The notes under the pieces were generated by a model. That model searched no databases and was not told where the DNA came from. It was given only the letters and a program-made list of their open reading frames with translations. From a virus (taxonomy: Duplodnaviria > Caudoviricetes), in the IMG/VR virus record IMGVR_UViG_3300026848_000013, positions 1 through 37,563 of that record: a stretch of 37,563 nt of DNA; one strand, 5' to 3'. The position numbers and the translations under genes were made by a program. Positions within the stretch are counted from its first letter, which is position 1; every line of letters begins with the position of its first letter. Below, piece by piece: positions 26,874-36,415 of the stretch.

Positions 26874-28147
26874 TCGATCTTTCTCAATACCGCCAGGCAT
26901 CCTTCCGGGGTATTCCGTTCCACGTTGCCACCAGCGAGTTGCGAATAACCCATCGCATCGACAAGAAATCATATCCATTCGGGAAACGTGGTCTTGTTAC
27001 CGATATGGGTACCGATGATGACGTTTTTCAGGAAGCAATTTTCCTGCTGGGCGATGATGTCTTGCAGCGCCGCCGCGATCTTGAAAACGCCTTTCGCTCC
27101 ATCGGTCGGGGACAATATGTTCATCCGACACGCGGCACCCTTGAGGTTGTCGTTGAAGCGGCCAATTGCCAAGAAAGTATGACCGAACTCGGCGTTGCCG
27201 ATTTCACGGTCACCTTTGTTCTTGCAGGCAAGGTCATCGGACCAACCGCCCGTCTTGATACGCAGGCCAATGTCCTGACTGCGGCCAGTCTTGCCGAGGA
27301 AAGCGTTACCAACGGGTATGATTTCGACGTTCTGGACACCAGCGATACCACTCAGATCGATTATCAGAAACTGACCAAAGCCGCCTTTGACCTTTATCGA
27401 ATGAGCCAGACACTTACGCCTGGTGCAATTCAGGGTGCGGCTATCGATTTGGCCAGCAACTTTGCAATCGAAACCATCGCACAAACTGGCCCCGGTATCG
27501 TTTCAGAAGCCTTCTCGATGGCTTCCCAAGTCGGGGACTATTTCGGCGCGACCCCGGAAGGTGTCAAAGCCTTTACCGGCGTGCTGAGCGAAAGCGCCGG
27601 ACAGGCATGGAACCTTGTCAATGAAAGCGGTGTATTGCAGGGAACGGCGATGTCGCCGGTTCTTTCAACCCTTTCAAACCGGTTCATGGCAACCAACGTT
27701 GTCGCAACCAGTTCCGAAGCGACCAATGCCAAACAAGTTGGTCAGGCCATCTTTGATGCCATGACGATTACCGCGTCAAAGGCCGTTGCAAATACACCAT
27801 TTGAAAGCGTCCAAGAGGCGCTTGGTGTCCGCGATACACTGGTTTCAGCACTTTCATTCGCAGCAACCGCGACAACAACCAGCGACCCGGAACGCTCAAC
27901 CGCCCGCAATCAGTCATTGCGCAATCTGCGCACGGCCGTTTCCCGCGATGTATCGGAAAACATTACCGACCTTCCGTGGCTTGAAACCGAAACCCCGGCA
28001 ACATCGACACCGGCGCGGGTAATGTCCTATCGCCTGACTGGCAACATCAATGACGGCCTTGCGACCCGCAATACCGTCTTGCATCCATCCTTTGTCGAGG
28101 CCGGGAAAGAGCTTCTGTATCTCGCAAAGGAGAACAGAAATGGTTGA
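26870..28147 (+). CDS. DNA circularization protein (Mu gpN/gp43)
   Basis: ASFRGIPFHV, VHPTRG, RNTVLHPSFV. Confidence 0.92.
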   Translation: MIDLSQYRQASFRGIPFHVATSELRITHRIDKKSYPFGKRGLVTDMGTDDDVFQEAIFLLGDDVLQRRRDLENAFRSIGRGQYVHPTRGTLEVVVEAANCQESMTELGVADFTVTFVLAGKVIGPTARLDTQANVLTAASLAEESVTNGYDFDVLDTSDTTQIDYQKLTKAAFDLYRMSQTLTPGAIQGAAIDLASNFAIETIAQTGPGIVSEAFSMASQVGDYFGATPEGVKAFTGVLSESAGQAWNLVNESGVLQGTAMSPVLSTLSNRFMATNVVATSSEATNAKQVGQAIFDAMTITASKAVANTPFESVQEALGVRDTLVSALSFAATATTTSDPERSTARNQSLRNLRTAVSRDVSENITDLPWLETETPATSTPARVMSYRLTGNINDGLATRNTVLHPSFVEAGKELLYLAKENRNG

Positions 28148-29195
28148 TGTGCAGCTCTATGTGCGCGGTCAAATCTATAGCGGCTGGACCGAAGCCACCG
28201 TTACCAAAAGCCTTGATGCCATTTACGGAGAGGCAAAGCTGTCTCTGACCCGGTTGAATGAACAGGAAGCGGGAACCGTTCCGGCAATTCGCATCGATGA
28301 CGATGCCCGTTTGACCATCGATGGGCAAACCCGTATTGCCGGATATATCAAATCACGTGATCTCGATATCAACGAGGACGGGTTTGATCTGAACATCGTT
28401 GTTCATGACAAGACATCACGTCTGTTTCGCGGGTCTGTCGTCAACTTCCCTGGAGAATGGAAAAACCAGACCGCCCTTCAAATCATCGAAGCTGTGTGCA
28501 AGCCTTTTGGTGTGGTCGTCATGGCACAGGTACCAGTCGGCAAGCCATTTGAAAAATTTGCCGCCCAACCCGGTGATACAGCGGCAAAGGTGATTGAACG
28601 GGTTTGTCGCCACCGCGCCCTGATGGTCTATGCCGATAATAACGGACAACTCATTCTGACCACCGCCAAGGCAGCAACCATGCTTGCATCGGAAATCCGG
28701 TTTCACCCGGAAACCGGTAATGCACTGTCACTTTCGCTTAGTGAAGATATCCAGCACCGCCATAACGAATATATCTGTCATACCCAAAGCCCCGGCAGCA
28801 ATTGGGGAACTTCGGAACATTCCAAGGTTGTCGGACGGGCAAAAGATCGCGGCATCAGCAGCTATTGCCCCCTTGTGGTTATCGGTGATGAACCAGGCGA
28901 CGAAACCGCAATGACCAAACTGGCAACCACGACCGCTGCGATCAACGCCGCCCGTTCGGAAAGTCGCGATTACCTGATGGCCGGTTGCAAGTCCGATGAC
29001 GGAAAATTGTGGGATATCAACCAGAAAATTCGGATCGTTGACAGCATCGAAGGCCTGAACGCCATCCGGCTTATCAGCAAGATCGTATTCTCGATCTCTG
29101 ACGGCAAGGCCGATGAAACCATACTGACCGTCATGCATCCGGACGCCTATGAACTTGTGGCCGAACCGGAAAGCAAACCGGGGGAGGCATGGTAA
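28140..29195 (+). CDS. Baseplate hub (Mu gpP/gp44)
   Basis: YSGWTEATVTKSLDA, CKPFGV, QPGDTA motifs. Confidence 0.88.
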   Translation: MVDVQLYVRGQIYSGWTEATVTKSLDAIYGEAKLSLTRLNEQEAGTVPAIRIDDDARLTIDGQTRIAGYIKSRDLDINEDGFDLNIVVHDKTSRLFRGSVVNFPGEWKNQTALQIIEAVCKPFGVVVMAQVPVGKPFEKFAAQPGDTAAKVIERVCRHRALMVYADNNGQLILTTAKAATMLASEIRFHPETGNALSLSLSEDIQHRHNEYICHTQSPGSNWGTSEHSKVVGRAKDRGISSYCPLVVIGDEPGDETAMTKLATTTAAINAARSESRDYLMAGCKSDDGKLWDINQKIRIVDSIEGLNAIRLISKIVFSISDGKADETILTVMHPDAYELVAEPESKPGEAW

Positions 29196-29827
29196 TGAAC
29201 TACGAAAAACTCCTGGACACGCTCGACAACATCAAACTGCGGATCAAGCTGCTCTTAAGCCGCGCCACGGTCACATATGTTTATGTGATTGAAGACGGTA
29301 AAATGCGCAAGATACAGGTGCAAGGACTTGGCCTGAATGACGCGGTTGAACACGCAGAACCCTATGGGTTGGCAATGCATCCTCTGATCGGATCAGAAGC
29401 CTTTCTATCGTCCATTCTCGGCCAGCGCGGGCACCTTGTCGGCACACTGATCAGCGACCCGCGCTATCGCCCGACCGGAGACAAGCCGGGCGAGGTAATT
29501 CTCTGGTCGAAACATGGCCAGACGATCTGGCTGCATGATGACGGAACCTTGCGAATTTCCGCACCGAACAAAGTCGAAGTGACCGCCCCGGAAGTCACAA
29601 CCAACGCCCCGCTGATCAATGTCAACGGGACGAATGTGAACATTAATGCCCAGACGGTCGCGATCTCCGCCCAGAGCGCATCCCTTGATTGCAATGATAT
29701 CACCTTTGGCGGTGATGAAGACGCCCAGCCGGTCGCCCGGATTGGCGATCTGGTGAACGTCACTTCAGGCAGTTCGGCAGGGCTTTGGGAAATCGTATCA
29801 GGCTCCAGCAAAATGAGGGTCGGCTGA
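29195..29827 (+). CDS. Baseplate spike (Mu gp45)
   Basis: EHAEPYGLAMHP..G, DPRYRP..PGEV, VARIGD; ATG29189 is an alternative start. Confidence 0.88.
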   Translation: MNYEKLLDTLDNIKLRIKLLLSRATVTYVYVIEDGKMRKIQVQGLGLNDAVEHAEPYGLAMHPLIGSEAFLSSILGQRGHLVGTLISDPRYRPTGDKPGEVILWSKHGQTIWLHDDGTLRISAPNKVEVTAPEVTTNAPLINVNGTNVNINAQTVAISAQSASLDCNDITFGGDEDAQPVARIGDLVNVTSGSSAGLWEIVSGSSKMRVG

Positions 29828-30306
29828 TGGATATTGCATTCGTAAACCGCAATGGCACCGGCTTTGATCTTGCAACTGACGGCTATGACCTTGTGGTTGC
29901 CGATGGCCTGATCACAATGCTGATCCATGCGCTGTTTCGCGATGCCCGCGCCCCGGAAGGCACGATTGAACCCGGCACAGACCCGCGTGGTCATTGGGCA
30001 TCAAGTCTGACCGCAAATGCGCCGGAAGGAAGCCTGTTGTGGTTGATGAAGCGCGAAAAAATCACCCCGGATATGCCGCACCGGGTCTCGGAAACACTCG
30101 AACAGGCTTGCCAGTTCCTGATCGATGACACCGAAGGCGATGCAAGAAATGTCACAGACGTTCGGGCAATCGCGGAAAAATCATCCATTCGCGGGCGGAT
30201 CGAAGCGCAACTGAACGTCTATCTGTCAGGCATTTCCACACCGCGCCGTTTCACCTTTGTTTATGACCCGAATGCCGGGCGCTACAAGTTGGAGGAAATC
30301 GAGTAA
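29827..30306 (+). CDS. Baseplate protein (Mu gp46)
   Basis: LFRDARA, RGHW, GSLLWLMKREK. Confidence 0.88.
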   Translation: MDIAFVNRNGTGFDLATDGYDLVVADGLITMLIHALFRDARAPEGTIEPGTDPRGHWASSLTANAPEGSLLWLMKREKITPDMPHRVSETLEQACQFLIDDTEGDARNVTDVRAIAEKSSIRGRIEAQLNVYLSGISTPRRFTFVYDPNAGRYKLEEIE

Positions 30307-31418
30307 TGGCTTGGCCAGTTACCACCATTGCAGAACGGGAATTGCGCCTGCGCGAAGGGATTTCCACCGGTTTGAAACTTCCTGCTGTGCCGGGCCGCGC
30401 ATCCAATATCGGTGTTATCTCTGCCGAGGTATCCGGCGAGATCGATGATATTCATCAGCACATTCGGTACCAGGCGAAACAACGCTTTGCCAAGACTGCC
30501 GATATTGAGGGTCTAAGAACAATATCTGCGGAATACGGGATGGCGCAAAAAGCCGCCACAGCATCGGTTGGCGCAATTACCTTTGCCGGGGCAGATGGTG
30601 TAACACTTCAAGCAGGCGAACGCTGGAAACACGCAAACGGCCAGTTCTATGTCACGACCGAGAATGTGACGATTGCCGGTGGGTCCGCGACCGTTTCCGC
30701 CCAGGCAGAGGCAACCGGACCGGCGGGAAATCTTGCCGCAGGACAATCGCTTTCCCTTGTATCCCCGGTCGCCGGTGTTGCTTCAACTGCAACGGTGTCA
30801 ACCGCCTTTGCCGATGGACGCGCCATTGAGGGCGTCGAATCATTTCGCGCACGTATTCTGTATCGCCAGGCAAAACCGCCGATGGGTGGGTCCGACGCGG
30901 ATTACGTTGTTTGGGCGACCGAGATCAATGGTGTGGACGGGGTGTGGATTTCCCCCCAGGCGATGGGGTTAAACACCGTTACGGTACGGATAGCATCCTA
31001 TGACCAGAACGGCTGGCCGGTCCCGACCGAAAATATCCGTCAGGCCGTAGCAACCCATATCGACGGGCATATCAACGAATTCACCGGGCAGTGGGAAGGT
31101 CGTCCGTCCGGCGCACAGGTCTTTGTCGTCGTGATCGATGTCAAACTCATCGATCTCGATTTTTCAACCCTGATCCCGTCCGATACCAAGACACTCAACG
31201 CCATCGCAAGCAATGTGCAATCCCTGTTTCGCCGTTCGGGTGAACCAAATCAGCAAATCCGGGAAAGCTGGCTGCGGGCGGCGATTTCAGCCGCTGTTGG
31301 CGAGGACTATCACACGCTGGCCAGCCCTGTCGGCCCGATCACTTTGGGCGTCAATGAATTGCCGGTTCTCAATACCATCAAACTGAACGGGACGGTCCTG
31401 TGGGAGCGCCCGCTATGA
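30306..31418 (+). CDS. Baseplate J/gp47
   Basis: GPAGNL, FRARIL..PPMGGSDADYVVWA. Confidence 0.92.
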   Translation: MAWPVTTIAERELRLREGISTGLKLPAVPGRASNIGVISAEVSGEIDDIHQHIRYQAKQRFAKTADIEGLRTISAEYGMAQKAATASVGAITFAGADGVTLQAGERWKHANGQFYVTTENVTIAGGSATVSAQAEATGPAGNLAAGQSLSLVSPVAGVASTATVSTAFADGRAIEGVESFRARILYRQAKPPMGGSDADYVVWATEINGVDGVWISPQAMGLNTVTVRIASYDQNGWPVPTENIRQAVATHIDGHINEFTGQWEGRPSGAQVFVVVIDVKLIDLDFSTLIPSDTKTLNAIASNVQSLFRRSGEPNQQIRESWLRAAISAAVGEDYHTLASPVGPITLGVNELPVLNTIKLNGTVLWERPL

Positions 31419-32020
31419 TGACCACCGAGCAGAAAACAGACGCCTATGCCAATGCAATGATTGCGGGCCTGCCGCAAGGTCCGGCCTTCCCGCGTGAAGG
31501 GGCAGAAAACCGCGATGCGCTTATCCGCGCCATCGCCCGCGAGTTCGCGCTTGAAGACGATATGGTTGATCTGATGATGAGTGAGGCAAGCCCGCTCACT
31601 GCATCGATCACGATTGAGGAATGGGAATCCGATTTCGGCTTGCCCGATTGCGATCATCAACACGCCACCACCCTGCAAGAACGCCGTGCAGCCGTTCATG
31701 AAAAACGCACCCGCGTCGGGAGCCTCAACCCGAATGCCATCGTCGCGCTGGCCAAGAAGCTCGGATATGACGCCGAGGTCATCGAACGCCGCCCGTTCGT
31801 TGCGGGTTTGTCGCGCTGTGGGGACCGCCTTGGACGGGCGGATTGTCGTCTTTGGTGGACCGTGCGCGTCTATCAAGCTCGCATAACCCGGTTCAGAACC
31901 GGCGCGTCCAGGGCGGGCGAAAAACTCATGAGCATTGCACGGGCCGAGGATCTCGTTTGCGTCCTGGAACGCATCAACCACAGCCACTTGAAACTGACAT
32001 TCTCTTACGAGGGCAACTGA
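31415..32020 (+). CDS. Baseplate protein gp48 (YmfQ/DUF2313)
   Basis: LPQGPAF, EEWESDFGLPD, FRTGASRAGEKL. Confidence 0.9.
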   Translation: MMTTEQKTDAYANAMIAGLPQGPAFPREGAENRDALIRAIAREFALEDDMVDLMMSEASPLTASITIEEWESDFGLPDCDHQHATTLQERRAAVHEKRTRVGSLNPNAIVALAKKLGYDAEVIERRPFVAGLSRCGDRLGRADCRLWWTVRVYQARITRFRTGASRAGEKLMSIARAEDLVCVLERINHSHLKLTFSYEGN

Positions 32021-32022
32021 TC

Positions 32023-32619
32023 ATGGAATACGTAAAGCCACTTAATGAAACCGATCCGGACGCCCCGTACATCGACGGGGACGCCTCCCAGGATATCGAA
32101 GGGTCAGAAGTCCCGGCGGCGGCTATTGAAGACCCGATGCGCGAGATCGTAAACGCGATCACGTTTTTCCTCGGAACTGTCGAAAATCCGCTTCCGGCTT
32201 CCGGCGAAGACTTGCAGCAATTGCGCAAGGCAATCCAGAAGGCCGTTGCGGATGGTACTGCCAATGGCCTGTTTCGGGATATCCCTGCGACCTTGGTCGC
32301 CGGTTTCAACACCGAGTTCCTTGACCTGACGGTCGCCGCCGGTGTGGCGACCTTCGATCCAACCGCCCGCAGCCGGTTCAAGCATGTTCTGGATGACGCG
32401 GTCCTGATCGATAACCCGGCTGTGATCCCGAATGCTGGGCCTGCGATGATCAAGATCACGCAGGATGGTACCGGCAACCACGCGGTTGACTGGGGCACGA
32501 AATATCGTGTGACCGGCGATGTCAATTATACCGCCAACTCGGTCAGCCTATGCCAGCTTCAGTATGACGCTGCTGACGATGTTATCGACGTTGTGATTAC
32601 CCAGCGTCCGGAGGCCTGA
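32023..32619 (+). CDS. Proximal tail fibre/adaptor
   Basis: YIDGD..GSEVPAAAIEDPMREIVNAI..DLQQLRKAI baseplate-attachment motif; C-terminal ITQDGTG domain. Confidence 0.75.
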   Translation: MEYVKPLNETDPDAPYIDGDASQDIEGSEVPAAAIEDPMREIVNAITFFLGTVENPLPASGEDLQQLRKAIQKAVADGTANGLFRDIPATLVAGFNTEFLDLTVAAGVATFDPTARSRFKHVLDDAVLIDNPAVIPNAGPAMIKITQDGTGNHAVDWGTKYRVTGDVNYTANSVSLCQLQYDAADDVIDVVITQRPEA

Positions 32620-32621
32620 TC

Positions 32622-34874
32622 ATGTCGCTTTTGATGGAAAATAGCGTGGCCAAGATCGGCTGCGGTGATCCGGGTGATCCGATTGATTTTGCTGCCCTGT
32701 TCGACGGCGACGGCAACGGTGAAGCTCAACTAACACCGCCAGCCACAGCGACAAACAAGTTCGTGATTTCCGTCTATGTCAAGCGCGTGAAACTTGATGG
32801 GCAGACGTTCATTTGCTCGGCGGCAACATCTACCACCAATCGTTTCTGGTTCTATATCACGATAGGCGGGCAGTTGCGGGCCTTTGATCAGACAGCAACC
32901 GGTGTTTTGCCTTTCGACTTCACAACGGCGGAGGTTTTCAGGGATGGAGCCAAGCCGTATCACATCATCATGGATTACAATGAGGGCGATGTAACCTTTA
33001 TCGTCGGCGGGATAGTTGTTACGGAATTCAGTGTCGCGGTCGCGGCTTCTGCCGGGCATGTTCCGCGCTGGAACATGGCAATTCCACACCGGATCAGTTC
33101 CACGTCCTCGACTTCGGGCGGTGTGAACTTTTCGCATGGCTATCTTTCCGACTTCAAATGTATTGCCGGAAAATCCATAGCAGCGGGCGATTTGTCCCTA
33201 AGCGATTTTGGCAGGTTCAATGCCTATGGGCATTGGGTTCACAACACATTCCCCGGAATTGGCGGCGGAGCAGCGGCCTATGGAGCGGCGGGCTTCCATC
33301 AAAACTACGCGGACCCGATTGACTTGGGCAAAGATGTATCCGGTAACGGTAACCATTTCACGGTGGCTGGGGATGTTGAACAGGTAGTAGATACGCCCTT
33401 CAACAATGCCACGACCTTTAGCCCGATAGATACAGGTGGTGCAGTTTTGTCTGATGGAAACCGTACCATGAATAGTACGGGATCAACCCCACGTAACCCT
33501 GTTCGGGTCGGCAAGCCGATCAGGGGTAAAAAATATGCTGAATTCATTTCTCTGGATGGTGGTGGTATCGGCAATGCAACGATCGGAATTGCAGACGTTA
33601 CCCGATCATTTGATAGCAACTCGCGGCCTGATTACAGCTATGACCAGAATGGTGGTGAATTGCTTGAGGATGGTGTTGAAATCCTTACCACTGGCGATGC
33701 TTACAATTTTGGAGAAACTATTTCTGTCTCGGTTGATACTGAAAACAGCATTGCGGTATGGAAGCGCGAAAACGTCGTTCAGTACACCGTTGCGATTGAT
33801 CCGTCCAAGACCTATGCATTTGCTGTCGGTGATAACTCGACGACTTATGCAGCAACTATCCGTGCTGTTCTTACGGATGACGGGTTTAAGTACCAGCCAG
33901 ATGCGGGTTTTACGTCTCAGGAAAGCGCCTTTGACAACTGCCCGGACATTCTTGATCCACAGGATTATGTTGTCGAAAACCTTGCCATCGGTGGTGACGG
34001 GTTCGCTTCTTGCCCGTTCAGCCTACTGTCCAACAAATGTGCAGTGCTTTCGCGTCGGTATGATCAGGCAAGTCATTGGCGGTTGACGACCACTTTGCGC
34101 GGTCCCGGCAAGTTCCTCTCAACCAGTGAGCCGGGCGTCGGTGAAATCACCGGCGAAGAAGGACTTGATGCCTTCACCCACAACGGCTTCACGATCAGCG
34201 CAACAGCTGCAGATGAATGGCTTGGCAGTCGTTATGACCTTGTGATCCGGGCGAGCGCGCTGGCCGGAATTGATATCTTTGAATTTACCCATGTGAACGG
34301 TACGCCCTCGGTTGTTGACCAGAACACCGGTGGCGTCATCGAGGAGCTTTGGTTGTTCCCCATTTCAGGCGGCAATGTTCGCATTTTCAATGCCGCGATG
34401 GGCGATGACAAATACCTTGTCATGAGCAATACCAATACGGCTGCGACGGACACGGGCTGGATTTCAAGAACGGCCAATCAGGTCACTTTTGACGGTTCAT
34501 TGGCGAATGGTGATTACGTTGCCATAGCGTTTCGTTCCGTTGCGCAGTTCTCAGGTTTTGATAGCGGCACGGGAACGGGTAGTGCAACGGCTGGGCTTTT
34601 CTGTCCACGCGATCATTCGCCGCTGGTTTGCATCACAACCCGCCAAAACGGTTCTACGAAATGGCTGCATTCCAAGGCCCTGAATGTTGGCAATCCGAGC
34701 GTCAATCACCTTTCGCTGGGTAGCAACGCAGTGCTTGGTACATCGGGAACCGAGAAAGACATCCTGTCCAACGGTGTGCGCATGATGTCAGCAAACAATG
34801 ACAATGCGTCTGGCAATAAAATTCTTGTCAGCACCCTTGCTTATCAACCCGGAAAATTTGCAACTGCGCGATAG
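32622..34874 (+). CDS. Putative receptor-binding/tail fibre protein (LamG/SPRY-like beta domains)
   Basis: Gly/Thr/Ser-rich; ISVYVKR, GYLSDF, LGKDVSGNGNHFT..DTPFNN; position. Confidence 0.7.
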   Translation: MSLLMENSVAKIGCGDPGDPIDFAALFDGDGNGEAQLTPPATATNKFVISVYVKRVKLDGQTFICSAATSTTNRFWFYITIGGQLRAFDQTATGVLPFDFTTAEVFRDGAKPYHIIMDYNEGDVTFIVGGIVVTEFSVAVAASAGHVPRWNMAIPHRISSTSSTSGGVNFSHGYLSDFKCIAGKSIAAGDLSLSDFGRFNAYGHWVHNTFPGIGGGAAAYGAAGFHQNYADPIDLGKDVSGNGNHFTVAGDVEQVVDTPFNNATTFSPIDTGGAVLSDGNRTMNSTGSTPRNPVRVGKPIRGKKYAEFISLDGGGIGNATIGIADVTRSFDSNSRPDYSYDQNGGELLEDGVEILTTGDAYNFGETISVSVDTENSIAVWKRENVVQYTVAIDPSKTYAFAVGDNSTTYAATIRAVLTDDGFKYQPDAGFTSQESAFDNCPDILDPQDYVVENLAIGGDGFASCPFSLLSNKCAVLSRRYDQASHWRLTTTLRGPGKFLSTSEPGVGEITGEEGLDAFTHNGFTISATAADEWLGSRYDLVIRASALAGIDIFEFTHVNGTPSVVDQNTGGVIEELWLFPISGGNVRIFNAAMGDDKYLVMSNTNTAATDTGWISRTANQVTFDGSLANGDYVAIAFRSVAQFSGFDSGTGTGSATAGLFCPRDHSPLVCITTRQNGSTKWLHSKALNVGNPSVNHLSLGSNAVLGTSGTEKDILSNGVRMMSANNDNASGNKILVSTLAYQPGKFATAR

Positions 34875-34886
34875 GAGCAATCAGTT

Positions 34887-35552
34887 ATGCGTACCCCACT
34901 TTATGTGATCTTCAACGACGACTGGTCGTTCAACCGTTATGAATATGGCGTGAGCTTTGTCGCGGAAACGGGTCGTCCGTTCTCGAACGCGACTAAGCAT
35001 TCGGTTGCGACCCTGCTTGATCACTACGTCAAGCCGATTACCCAGACCCCGAAGCCGTCAAGCGAATGGCAGGACGTGGCCAGCCAGCCGGATGTACTGA
35101 TCGAGGGCGAAGGTGCGGCGCAGACTGCGAAGCTGGCTTGGCCAACTGCGCCGATCAATCTTGAACAGGCCAAGGCGAAGCTGCGGAAGAAGGTCAAGGA
35201 ATGCAAGTTTGCGCGGATGGACGCAGGGATCGAGTTTGCGGTTGGTGAAACGACCTACCTTGTCCAGACCGATGCGGACAGTCGTAGCCTTATCGACAGT
35301 ACCTTTGCCTTGGCGGTGAATGGGTATCTGCCCGACGGGCGTGGCTGGCGCATGGGGGATAATTCCTATCCGATCCTGACCCAGCAACAGTTGATTGATA
35401 TGGCATTGGCGGTCGGGGCGATGGTTGGCGCTTGCTATGACGTGCAATCATCGCAAGAGGCCGCGATTGAGGCCTTGGTCGATATTGAGGCCTGCATGGC
35501 CTTTGATTGTTCTACCGGGTTCCCGGCAGTGCCAGAAGTGGTTGAGGAATAG
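34887..35552 (+). CDS. Tail fibre-associated protein (DUF4376-like)
   Basis: VQTDADSRSLI, WRMGDNSY..LT..QL; AGGAG RBS. Confidence 0.75.
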   Translation: MRTPLYVIFNDDWSFNRYEYGVSFVAETGRPFSNATKHSVATLLDHYVKPITQTPKPSSEWQDVASQPDVLIEGEGAAQTAKLAWPTAPINLEQAKAKLRKKVKECKFARMDAGIEFAVGETTYLVQTDADSRSLIDSTFALAVNGYLPDGRGWRMGDNSYPILTQQQLIDMALAVGAMVGACYDVQSSQEAAIEALVDIEACMAFDCSTGFPAVPEVVEE

Positions 35553-36093
35553 TACCCACCTCGCCAAACAGGATGCTCAAACCGTACAGAATGGCCAATG
35601 CCAAAACGATCAGTGATAGGAAGTCCAGTAACAGGGGATAGGTTCGCCAACCGTGACCAGGCAAGTAGCCAGGCAACTGATGTTGTATTCGCCTTGCTTG
35701 TCCCATGAAACCCTGGAAAGCCCCGAAGCCTTCCAAGATCATTCTTAATCCTTGTAGGGCCAGACCTGAGAGGAACATCGCCGTCAAGTAAGCGACGTTT
35801 TCTCTTAGCGGTCCCGTGAAAATCTGAGAACCAACCAGAGTGAGAGATGCGACCAAGCCCCCACACAATCCTCGCAAGATGAAACTTTGTAATGCTAGCC
35901 ACTTTGGCCGAACGTCTTGATCATGAGACTGATCAAGACGTTCTCTAAACTGTGAAATCTGTTTTGGATCGGAGATTGGAGGCAAACCTGCAACTGTTCT
36001 TGGAGCCAAGCTCCAGATGTCACGCCAACGGACATTAGACCGCCCATTACTGGGGGGTAGGTTCTGTTTTGGAGAAGATTGTTTATCAGACAT
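35512..36093 (-). CDS. Moron-like membrane protein (about 3 TM helices)
   Basis: 193 aa from ATG36093 with GGGGA upstream; hydrophobic segments; antisense to late genes. Confidence 0.6.
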   Translation of the reverse strand: MSDKQSSPKQNLPPSNGRSNVRWRDIWSLAPRTVAGLPPISDPKQISQFRERLDQSHDQDVRPKWLALQSFILRGLCGGLVASLTLVGSQIFTGPLRENVAYLTAMFLSGLALQGLRMILEGFGAFQGFMGQARRIQHQLPGYLPGHGWRTYPLLLDFLSLIVLALAILYGLSILFGEVGTIPQPLLALPGTR

Positions 36094-36112
36094 CGCATTC
36101 CCCTGTTTAGTA

Positions 36113-36195
36113 TGACGGGGGTTCGGGCGCTCCACCGCCCAAACCGAGTGAGAACGACCACTCACGGATAACCGCCCCGCCACCGTAGCTACGGT
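36113..36195 (+). promoter_or_regulatory. Structured leader upstream of com
   Basis: Stems GGTTCGGGCG/CGCCCAAACC, GAGTG/CACTC, ACCGT/ACGGT, closing CGGGG/CCCCG. Confidence 0.5.
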
Positions 36196-36218
36196 CGGGA
36201 ATTTGCTAAAGGTCGAAA

Positions 36219-36389
36219 ATGACAGAGTCAATAAACTCTGGAACAAAAAAAGAACAGTACCGGGATATCCGGTGCAAATCCTGCGGTCGCAAGCTTCTTG
36301 AAGCGGTTGGCCGTATCCTGATCCGGGTTAAATGCACGCGATGCAAGACCCTTAATGCAATCGAGTCCCAACATGCGGACCACCTCTGA
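36219..36389 (+). CDS. com: Com-family zinc-finger translational regulator (not in ORF track)
   Basis: 56 aa containing DIRCKSCGRKLL...VKCTRCKTLN; directly upstream of the MTase. Confidence 0.88.
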   Translation: MTESINSGTKKEQYRDIRCKSCGRKLLEAVGRILIRVKCTRCKTLNAIESQHADHL

Positions 36390-36415
36390 AAGCCTGTGAG
36401 CTTCGGAGAAAACAA

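Noticed and set aside
32023-36200. Invertible G segment or diversity-generating retroelement
   Set aside because: No invertase, reverse transcriptase, or duplicated template/variable repeat seen
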